36,911 bases of DNA from Seison nebaliae (lineage: Eukaryota), in assembly GCA_023231475.1 (NCBI GenBank), contig JALJEE010002344.1:1-36911 (forward strand), in the 5' to 3' direction. The notes under the pieces were generated by a model. That model searched no databases. It saw only the letters and a program-made list of their open reading frames with translations, and was not told the DNA's origin. The position numbers and the translations under genes were made by a program. The first letter of the stretch is position 1. Each line of letters begins with the position of its first letter. Positions 1 to 10,600 of the stretch are shown piece after piece.

Positions 1-1
1 C

Positions 2-181
2 GCGCACCGAGGAATAACCGCGATGAACCGAGTTATTTCAAAGAAGTATTACCATCCCGCGTTACGAAAAATAATCAAACGAGTATGTTCATCATGCGAA
101 ACCTGCAGGATAAACAAATTCACGAATAAAAGAATAAAAAAGCAAGATAACAATAAAAGCTATCGCTATCGATTTGTGTGA
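2..181 (+). mobile_element. Fragment of a retroelement-type integrase zinc-binding (H2C2) domain, 5'-truncated by the window edge and ending before any catalytic core
   Basis: Frame 2 reads AHRGITAMNRVISKKYYHPALRKIIKRVCSSCETCRINK, which fits the Gypsy-type H-x-G...YYWP..L...I...V..C..C..K pattern. TGA at 179-181. Confidence 0.7.
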
Positions 182-207
182 ACGATATCGTGTGAAATTT
201 AATTATT

Positions 208-384
208 TGTAGTGACGTGACTTGCAAACGATAAGCTCACACACAATAAAAACGTGACACGAACATTAACTAACATATTTTTATATATATTCCTTACTCT
301 TTTCCATCGTTCAATAAACTCACGGTATCCGTAAGATACACCTTTTCTTCAACATATGGACGCCACCGACGAACCACCACAACA
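208..384. mobile_element. Putative solo LTR (177 bp)
   Basis: Begins TGTAGTG and ends CACAACA (7-bp inverted termini, 1 mismatch). It has internal AATAAA motifs and a 4-bp direct repeat TATT at 204-207 and 385-388. Confidence 0.65.
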
Positions 385-515
385 TATTAAGAAAAAATTA
401 TTTTGAAATTTTGGCTGAAAACATCAGTGAAGAAAAGTTTAAAAATTAAGAATTATTCATTAAATTTTTATTTTTCCTCCTAAAGTAATTGGTTGGAAAG
501 TATTGACATTCAATC

Positions 516-1797
516 ATGGATCTTCCGTCAGCGATAGATAGTGATTTAGAATTCGAAATCGAAGGTGCTTTGAAAGAACAGAAATTTAGAAAGATGTTAC
601 CTTTCAAAGGAATGGATAGTTTAGTGATTTGGTTTATTAAGATTGGTGATGTTCTAATATTGTTTTCTATAGAGGCAGGAGCATCGATTTGTCCCTTCTT
701 CCAATCGGGCACCTGCGAATATGGTGATCAATGTCCTCTAAGACATTTGAAAGGTTTTTTTCGATTATTTTATTTTTTACCCTATTGAATTGAATTGATT
801 ATTGAAGACAAAGGAGAAACAGTGGTGTGTAAGCATTGGTTGCGTGGATTGTGTAAATACGGAGATAATTGTGTCTTTCTTCATGATTACGATATGAGTA
901 AGATGCCTGACTGTTACTTTTATTCGAAATTCGGTTAGAGTTTTACTTCATAAGAAATTCCATTATAATTTATTTGAAAGGCGAATGCAATAGTGGAGTG
1001 GAATGTTCATTTTTACATATTGATCCCGAATCTCGAATCAAAGAATGTGCATGGTACAATCGTGGTTTTTGTCGACATGGTTCATTTTATATATTACTCT
1101 TTTGACATTAGTGGATATTAGATGATTCTCATTGAAATTGAAGGACCAACATGTAAGAATGCGCATATTAGAAAAATTATGTGTCAGAATTATTTAACTG
1201 GTTTTTGTCCGAATGGGAAATCATGTAAACATGAACAGTTTTCATTTCATTCTTTCTCCATCATCAACTACGTTGTCCAGTCCTCAATTTGAATTACCGA
1301 ATGCTTCAGGCATTATTGCTAATACGATGATTCCAGGATTAAGTATTCCTCCTTTTGTTCTTCAACAAATGCAGGCAATTGAACAAAAGAAAGATCCATC
1401 AAAATCGTTTGATATGAATGAAAGTAATCGAAAGAAGTGCAAATTCTGTAAAGGGAACGGTCATCTCATTGAACATTGTAATCGATTACCATTAGCTCAT
1501 CGACGAGGATATATTCAATTACTCGTTTGTATTTATTATTTTCATTACTTCATCTTATCTTTCAATTCAGAAACTTGCAAAGGAGGAAGGTCGAGATCCG
1601 AATGAAATTCAAATTCCATCATGTGAACCGTTACCATTAGGTCCAAATGCTGACATTACCTGCTACAAGGTTTACCTTCTTATTACAATTGTCGATTTGT
1701 ACTCATTTCTTGATAGTGTAATGAAAAAGGACATTATGCTAATAATTGTCCTAGTCGATTAAGTTCTAATCGTCGACATCATATCAAAGCACAATAA
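516..1797 (+). CDS. CPSF4: Cleavage and polyadenylation specificity factor subunit 4 (CPSF30/Clipper), ~308 aa, 8 exons
   Basis: Introns at 619-672, 754-807, 934-980, 1080-1143, 1238-1280, 1525-1570 and 1670-1716 give a continuous frame. It contains LPFKGMDK, five CCCH fingers (e.g. VVCKHWLRGLCKYGDNCVFLHDYDMSKMPDCYFYSKFGEC), HPQFELP, and CCHC knuckles CKFCKGNGHLIEHC and TCYKCNEKGHYANNC. Confidence 0.95.
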
Positions 1798-1996
1798 TAT
1801 TTTTTATTTTTTTCTTAAACTTGTACAAAAAATAATGAGCTCGTTATTAACAATTGTTTATTCGAATGATATATATTTCATTGGAAAATGTAAACTAAAA
1901 TAAAAATTGCGATTCACCATCATCTTTTATACAACAAAGATAATTTTTATTTAAAAAATTGATATAATTGAAATTATTATTATCATAAAGCGACAA

Positions 1997-2776
1997 TTAA
2001 CGGAAGAAATATTTGAAACATGCCAAAAGTTCTAATCGGATATGTCTCGACGATTCCTCACTAACAAATAGGAAAATGAAAAATGTTAAAATTGATAGTG
2101 CTAAAGAAGCGATAGCTGAATCTCGAAAATGTTTCTTAGGATTAACGATGGTGATGATACTTGTTGTATAATGTGTCAAAATGAGAATACTTAACAATGT
2201 GAGAAATATCTTCTTCTTTTCATTATTTGCCCTCACCTTTTTCAGTAGTGAGCACATTGATGTACCTCCCAAAAAGTTGACGAAGAAGAAGACGGAATTA
2301 TGTATAGACATATATAATGAGTAATTAGGAAATTCTTTTTTTTCTTCTATCCCATATGATCCTGGGCCATAAAGAACCGTCAATGAATTGAGAGAGAAAC
2401 AACAAAGAAGAGTAAACGCATATCCGAAATTGACACTCAGACAACTGAGATAATCGAAGAGATCGTTCGGGAAATCTTCTCGTTCTTTAATCATTTGCTT
2501 CCAATAAACCATATTAGCTTCGAAAGTGTAAAAAGTGATGAATCGGAATATTTCAACGAAAAAAATTAAGAGGAATACCAATAAGGAATCGATCTCACGT
2601 AATGGTATGACGAATATCCAAATGATTCCTGTAAGGAATAGTGGCAAGAAGGAGAAGAATGTGCCATAAAGTATGAATAGGAATTGGAAGGGATGACTTC
2701 GAAGGAAGAATGCATAAACTCCGATGGGAAATGACCAGATTAATAGAAGACATCCATAAAATTCGAGATATCCCAT
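1997..2776 (-). CDS. APH1: Gamma-secretase subunit APH-1-like, 259 aa, single exon, divergent
   Basis: Multi-pass hydrophobic protein of APH-1 length with the family motifs MGYLEFYGC, EIFRF, GPG (LYGPGSYG) and LTH. Confidence 0.8.
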   Translation of the reverse strand: MGYLEFYGCLLLIWSFPIGVYAFFLRSHPFQFLFILYGTFFSFLPLFLTGIIWIFVIPLREIDSLLVFLLIFFVEIFRFITFYTFEANMVYWKQMIKEREDFPNDLFDYLSCLSVNFGYAFTLLCCFSLNSLTVLYGPGSYGIEEKKEFPNYSLYMSIHNSVFFFVNFLGGTSMCSLLKKVRANNEKKKIFLTLLSILILTHYTTSIITIVNPKKHFRDSAIASLALSILTFFIFLFVSEESSRHIRLELLACFKYFFR

Positions 2777-2985
2777 CTTTTCATGAAAATTATCTCAAAT
2801 TTATCTCATCGAAGTATAAATATCATAATGAATACAGTTGAATTAATAAGAAAATCATTTTCTTTTCAATTCGATTCATTCCTCATCCTCCAAACAAATA
2901 GAAGAAGTGAAAATGGAATTTGTTTTTTTAGGGACAAATATTTTATTTTTGAGAAGAAGAAACCAATTTTGAACAATACGCAATA

Positions 2986-4261
2986 TTAGTGACATGCACA
3001 TTCCTCAACAATTGCATTCTCTATAACATCGATATATTCTCCATCGTTTCCACGTCTCATAACAGTCAAATTACTGTACTTACTCGGTCTACAACAGATG
3101 TCTGGTACAAAGTTATAATCTTTCGCAATCATCGATTGGAAAACGCTGTGAGTATATTTCGTGGATTGTTGAGAGTATTCTTGTTGGACGTATTTCGTCG
3201 AACAGAATCCTTTACACATAAACGCATTGATTACTTTTGGTGCTATGATAGTATGTAAGTCCAATTCATCAAAATTCATTATCATCGACAAACGACGACA
3301 ATCATTTTTCTTATGTTTTCCTCTTTTCACCATCTCATCATTCTCATTCATGGCAACATTTTTCTTTTTAATTTTATTTATTGATGAATCGATTGATAAT
3401 TTTGTCGATTTGCCTTCAATCAACGGGAATGTTAATGGTGAATGTCGTTCAGTCAATTTGACTTCGATCTCCTTTTTCCAGATTGTTGTCAAATGTTCAA
3501 GAATAAATCTCTTTTCGTCATGACCAATGTTGATGGAATTGTCAAATGAGAATTTGAGTCTAATTCCATAATTATGTTCCTTCTCTTTCAACCATCTCAA
3601 CATTATTTGATTAATCTTAATAAAATGTTCCGTATTATCCGATAATAAATTGATTTGTTGAGAATTAACTTTCTGAACGAAATATCCCAATTGCATTGAA
3701 CTCGATTGATTTCGCTGTTTGAAATACCAAAAAAGTTTTGGATTTTGTTTCGATTTTAAACGGAAAATTTCATCCGTTAAAAAATTTGCTCGTTTCTTCA
3801 ATAATTTGATACGTTTCTTTCGGAATTCCTTTCCAAACAAACGAATAATGTCGTACTTTTGACAAAACTGAACAATTTCGTTCTCAGCGAAACATTTCTC
3901 GATAAAAGAACTTGGACGAATCTTATCATAGACATCAATGTGAATCATTGTGAGATTGAGTTCGATAAGAAAATCAAGAAATGTTTGTAGGAATTGTTCG
4001 CTGTTGTCACTCTCATATAATTTTATATTAGTTTCATCCATTCGATCTGATGAGAAGTAATCAAGATAATCTTCTTTCTCTAATTTATAATCTAAAACTA
4101 TTTTATTGTCATTCTTCCCTTTAGACCTATATCATAATAGAAGTATATCATAAATAAAATGACTGTGGAACTAACGAAGAAGAATCGACTTCTTTACTCA
4201 TGAGAAGATTGGTTGATATTCCATTAATTAGAACGAATGTTAAAATAGATAAATAGAACAT
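2986..4261 (-). CDS. TGF-beta superfamily ligand (BMP-like precursor), ~408 aa, 2 exons
   Basis: ATG at 4261 starts a signal peptide (MFYLSILTFVLINGIST). An intron at 4127-4175 joins it in frame to ORF 2986-4041. The C-terminal seven-cysteine knot reads CRR...IIAP...CKGFC...TH...Q...CCRP...VEECACH and follows a basic KRGKHKK stretch. Confidence 0.9.
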
Positions 4262-4632
4262 TTGTTTCAATCTCTAAAAAAATATTCTGTAAAACGAAAT
4301 CACGAAAAAATCAAGAACATTCTTCTTAACAAGAGATAACATTGAAATACTTCGAAATATGTTTAGAGGAAAACACTCGAAGTTCCGGTTAATCCCAAAG
4401 AAGCATTTGACACTTAATTGTGAAATGAAATGAGAATGCAACGAAATTTCCTTTGCTACTTTTTCCTGAGAGAAGAAGTTTAAGAAGAAAAAGTATTTAT
4501 TTAACAGATTCATCGAAGTAATTATCTTCTGATTTATCCATCATTTTTTTTTAAAAAGAATTATTAAATTTAAATCATAAAATTTTTTATGGAATTTTTC
4601 TAGTTATATTTCTGGGATTCGAATGGAGTTGT

Positions 4633-7600
4633 CTATGCATAATAATTGTGAGAAACGACGACTTGATTAAAAGCGAATAATTCATCGTCCGTAAACTTCT
4701 GTTTATCTTCTTCCCAATTATCATAATGAGTTCTTTTGAAATCGGATAATGTCTTACGAACCGTCGACTAAAAAACATGAGAATGATTAAGAGAATATCA
4801 TAAAAAGTAAATAGGAGAATAATTAGCAAGTCCTTCTTTTTTTTTCTGAGAAAGAGGCTCATTTGATGAAGGTATATTTATTCGTCTTGTACCGGAAACT
4901 TCTTTGCACGAACTAATAATTAGTTGATAAATACTAACACTTATCGGCTGATCATCATTAACATGATTAGCGACGATGTTCAAAATGCGTGGTAGATAAT
5001 CAGGAACATGATATGGATGTGCTGCAATTATTGCACAAAGGCCACAAAGTCCTGCGTGTCTTTTCATCAATTTTTCCGAATCGATTGCCGAGTTCATATT
5101 ATCACGATATTCCACTTTACTTAATTTAATAAAATAATCCTTAAAAAAAATAAATAAAGAAAATTTAAAAAATTCAAAATATTCAAACACATTTCTTCGC
5201 ATCGATAACGTAAACTCCAGCATGGATCAATCCTGAAAGAGTTTTCATCGCACTCAATTGCACATCAACCCATGAATCTAAAATTCCTTTGTTCACCATT
5301 CGAATGAGTCGTTGGAAAACTGAAAATTGCATCATTAGAATTAGAAGTCATTTTTTTTCGATGGAAAAATGAAAGTGGAAAATGTTCTTCACTTCAACTG
5401 TATAAAATGGGAATGAACGTCAAAATAGATTTTTTAATATAATTTTCTATTTTCTTATTTTTTCATTTATCCTTTTCTCTTTTTCCTTTACACAAAATGA
5501 TCACAAATATTTTACCGAACAGTCAGGAGGAAGTAGTACATCAACCAACAGAACAACATAAAGTAAAGGATGAGGAGAAAAGTGTTGCATTATCAGCAGT
5601 TCAATTGTTTAACAAGGAATCTCTAGCAAAAATGAATAAGAAACCTGCTCATCGCACAGACGAAGAAATTGAAAAATTGGTGAATGAAAATATTCGTCGA
5701 TGTGCTCGACCTCAACGCTCGCAGAGGAAAGCGAAAGTTGAAGCATTGAGAAGAATATTTAGGACGTCACAAACAACCGAAAAGAAATGTCGTAGAAAGA
5801 GAAAACCGAAAGTTAATTCACCGAAAGTGAAATCGGCTAAAGTGAAAATATCGAAAACGATTATTGAAGAAAAACCGGTTGTCACAAAGGAGAAAGAAGA
5901 ACCAAAAGAATGTGAAGAATGAATTACTCTCATATTTCCATGATATATATCTTCGTTATAATTAATTAAACATTCATTAACCGTTTGAATAATTTATGAT
6001 ATGTCGATGAACTTTCAACTTGTCGCAATTTGTTAAATGACTTTGATTTGCTGCATCTGATTCGTTTGGAGGAAATTTCGGCTTTTTTCCATCTTTATTC
6101 GCAATTGATTTGTGAACAACAGAATAATGAAGATCGGCTGATGAATTTTTGCTGTAAACGATTGTAGGGAATAAATAGAAAATGTTGGTGAAGGACATAT
6201 ACTGAATGTAATGCATCACTCCACTTCTCGCTTTTTTATTTTTCATAGCGAGTAACTTGAAAAATAATGAATAATTGAAAGAATATTAAAAATTTAATAA
6301 AAATATACGAACTGATTCCAATTCTGTTAAAACGGCATCAATCGTTATGTCGGATGATAATAATTGGACTGATAATAAAGTTTTACTAAATTGAAGTTGG
6401 ACTTTATAAGATTCATCTTCAAATCCGATCGAATCAGTGGCGAAAATTAATGGATAAAGTTTCGGTACATGTCTCGTCATTGGCATGAGAATATTGGAGA
6501 ATAATTTGATCATGAATGATAAAACGGTTTTGAATAAATTCACAGATTTCTTCCTATCATCCAAATTATTGGAATCATTCATTTCAGTTCGCATCATTTC
6601 TGAATCATCAGGAATATCACTAATCTCATCGATCTCTTCAACATCTGATTTCATTTGTTCATCGCCAATCGCTTTTGAATCGATATCATTTGTGATAATC
6701 ACATTCTCGGTAATGCTATTCATTTTATCGTTCGATTCGTTTGCAATGATTTTCAATCCAACTTTTAATCGATCTGAAATATCATTAATGAAATCATTGA
6801 CAGTAACTGACTGTGTATAATATTGTTGGAACGTTTTTCCCTTCAAATCTTTTGGGACTGCATTAAATCGATAATGATACGTATTCTCAATTGTATTCAA
6901 AATCAATTGAGCTGTTCGATCTCGTACATTCTTCAACGGATTATCCAACAATGGAATACAATGCTGGTAAACGTCTCGATTGATTTGTGGGATTTTCCAT
7001 TCACATTGAGATGTCGCCATAAAAATGTAAAGTTGAGCACAAATCAAAAAAGAAGTAGTCGATTTGGGATTGATGGCCAAATTATAAAGATAATTCACTG
7101 AAAATTGACATCGACGTGGATCACGATCTTCTAAACTCACATGAAAACAATTAGCCCAATAACTGAGCGATTCGGGACGAACACTTTCGATAATCCCATC
7201 GAATAATTTCTCCAACTCAATCCAAATCGTCTTCTTTTCATTGAAGGGAAATAAGTCTATTCCACTAAGAATACCTGACATAATCTCCGCAGCATTTCGT
7301 TGATTTCCTTTATACGTTTTTGGATTATGATCACTAATCATCGATAGAACTTTATCGAATAAGATCGGGAGAATTTTTGGACCGATACAATCGACAATGT
7401 TTTTAAATAAACTGACAACATTTCTGTCAAATTCACTATTTTCTCGTTCGTCATCCATTCTCATATAATCAATCAATTTATTAATACGTTGTTGATCTAA
7501 CAACTTGGAAAAATAAAGTTTTCGATATTTCAATAATTTCTCATCTGTCATCGTTTCGAATGTTTCCAACTTTTTATTCGGTATAACAATCTCAACATCT

Positions 7601-10600
7601 TCTGGCCACACATAATATCCCCAATAAGAGTTGTCGATAAAATAACAATTATTATACTCAGCCTCATTATAAAGAATCTTCTTCTGAGTCAATTGAATCC
7701 ATTGATTATCCATACGATTATTACCAGGTTGTGGTGGAGAGATTAATGATTTCATGAGAAATGGTAATCCTTCAAAATTATGAGTTTGCATCATTTTTAT
7801 TTCTTCAGGAGAGAATTTGCCAACATCTGAAAAACATGATTGGAATCGTGATCGTTTATTGATATTGGGATTGGATGCACGAACGGACCGAACGATCTTA
7901 TTATTCGACGGTTTTCCTTCACGCACATTCAAACGACTCGTACCACCAGCACCTAATCGATATGCAGCTGTCGATGAATTAATCGGTTTATCCATTAAAC
8001 TATTTAATGGTTGTTGATGATCACCATCACAAACTCCATCATTCTCCATCAAAACATCTTTTGCATTCAACGATATCTTACTACTATTATTATTATTATT
8101 ATTATTATTGTTATTATTATTCTCATTAAGAATTATTGATGAATTACCATTAGTACTATTTGATGCATGTTGTGGGATGATATTGTTCGTCATTAATCCT
8201 GTAATCGATTTCTCATCTCGAACTGATAATCTCATTTCGAAAAAAACATCATCATGTTCATCGTCACTTTCTGGATCGATTTCATCATCATCCGTTGAAT
8301 TCTTTCTTTCCAAATCATTTTCAGCTCTCTTCTTCGATATACATGTCTCTCCCACTATTTTTGAAAGTTCATCATTCTCAATAAATTTCATAATACAAAT
8401 ACTATCTCGAATAAAATTGTTCGATTCACTTTTCTCCACCATCGACTGATGATGTTCAACGAGTTCAGTGACTTTCATAAATTTCGTTTTTGAATTCTTC
8501 TTGAGAATATGAAGATAAGCACAATTCACTAAAATTGCCAATTTCCGAATATATTGTGATTCATGTGTTAATGCATCGATGAATAATTCCATCACACCAT
8601 TCGTCTCATCGATATATGTCGTTAAATCTTTTTGTAAAATCTTTCGAATTTCACGATCAGCTTTTAATGATTTAAAATTGAACACTTTCTCGAACGCTTC
8701 ATTCTGTCTCCCAATAATACACGTCCCCCATGGAATTTGTATAGCGGCAACAAATTCTAATGCCAATTCAGTTTTCCTCCAATTCAATTGTCCACTCAAT
8801 AATTCCGTTTTCATCAAATTCAAAATTCCTTTATAACTATCCCAATTATTCTTTGACACTTTATCGAAATGTTCTCCCGATTCTTTATCGTTTGGTAATT
8901 TGGCGAATTTATTAGCAGCAATAAATTTCGTCTCATATTTCTTTCCTCGAATCACCGGATCAAGAGCATTCTCACTCATCGATAAATTATCAGCAGCATC
9001 GATCGTCGGTTTAAACATTTTATATTCTAACGGTGGAATATCATATGAATCAAAAATCAGATCGTAGACCATTTCTAAAACTTCCGCCGTTTTCGCTTCT
9101 TCGATTTGTGGCAATTGGAAAATATTTGAGATGACATTATAGAACACATTCCAATAAGGAACACAAATGAGACTATTTCCGCTCTTTCCTAGAATGGTAT
9201 GAAGTGCACCTCTTAAAGAATTATCATCTTTTGGTAAGGAGAAATGTTTCATATCGGTGAAAATAGATTCATGAATCGGTTCGAAAGCTAATGGGAAATA
9301 ATCGTTGAAATAATTCAATTCAGTTTGTGCTGCCATTCTCACAACTTTATAATGTGAATATGATAATTTGAGGAGAACTTTCATAATATTGATATCCATC
9401 GATGTTAATGAATGAGTATAAATGAATGCACGTTCCTCATAAAGAAGAATCGCTTTCTCTAATTGAAGTGAACGCCATTCTCTCGATTTGCCCCACCACA
9501 TATTATTCATTCGTCTCTTAATCACATTATAATCATTACATTTCATTTTATAATCTTTCTTTGTCATACTATAAATACAACTGATCGCCACAAGAATATG
9601 TGCGATTGTTATCAAACATTTCACATCATCATTCCCACCTGTCAACATCTTCTCACACAATTCAATTAGAACTTGAGCAATATAAGCTCGAATATTCTCT
9701 TTCGAATCATCATTTATTTCAAAGAAAATTTTCTTAACAGCCAACGGCAACGATGTCAAATCACAACAACTCATCTTCTCCAAATTAGTTTGATATCGAT
9801 CGAAATGATCATATCGAGGAAGGAAACGTGACGCACCAAGAAATGTCATATGAACGAAATAAATAACACGATTTCTTTCCAATCTTTCCATATCGAGACC
9901 TTTTTCTTCCAAATCTTTCACATAATCTAAAAGAAATATTTTTATTAATCTTTTCGCAAATTCTCCATCTTCCTTCGTCGGTACATTCCATTGTGGTTTA
10001 CATTCACGAACTGTTACACATTTACTCCACAAACGTAACGGATTCAATTTTCCTTCAGTAGTCAATTGTAGAATTTCATCAGCCGATTCGGCAGAACTTC
10101 GATTATCTTTCACATTTAATGTCGTCAGATTCTTCAACAATTTCTTCACTATCGTTGCGATCAATTCATAAGATTTTTTATGTTTAATATCTTTCAATTT
10201 CGTCAATAACATAATAATGTCATCCTCATAAGGACGCAAATATTCACCAGTTGCTCGTAGAACAGCAGACAACATATGAATTTTCCATTTAAGTTCTGCA
10301 TCTCCCAATTCATCTAATAAAACATTCGGATTTGTATCGATAATCCGAAGGATTTCCGTTTTAAGATATGGGAAGAATTTCTTCAATAACCAATCGGGAT
10401 GATTACGATGCATTCCACGTATTAAGACAACTGCCAAATTAATAGCAATTCGTGAACTCAATACACATGAGGAAGTATAATTGAAAATTTTATCGAGCAA
10501 TTGACCATAAATTTCACTTCCACATTGTAGAGCGATCGTTGCGATAGTTGATGATACTCCAACTTCATAAATACTTTCTTCTCGATTGTTCATTTGACGT

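Noticed and set aside
348..366. Alternative LTR end at 354 followed by a PBS-like TGGACGCC
   Set aside because: The end at 384 has better inverted-terminus complementarity and an exact TSD, and no tRNA match could be established.
4274..4862. ORFs 4274-4513 and 4587-4862 as separate genes
   Set aside because: The second is an off-frame reading of the last PSME4 intron and exon. The first is Phe-rich intergenic or UTR sequence.
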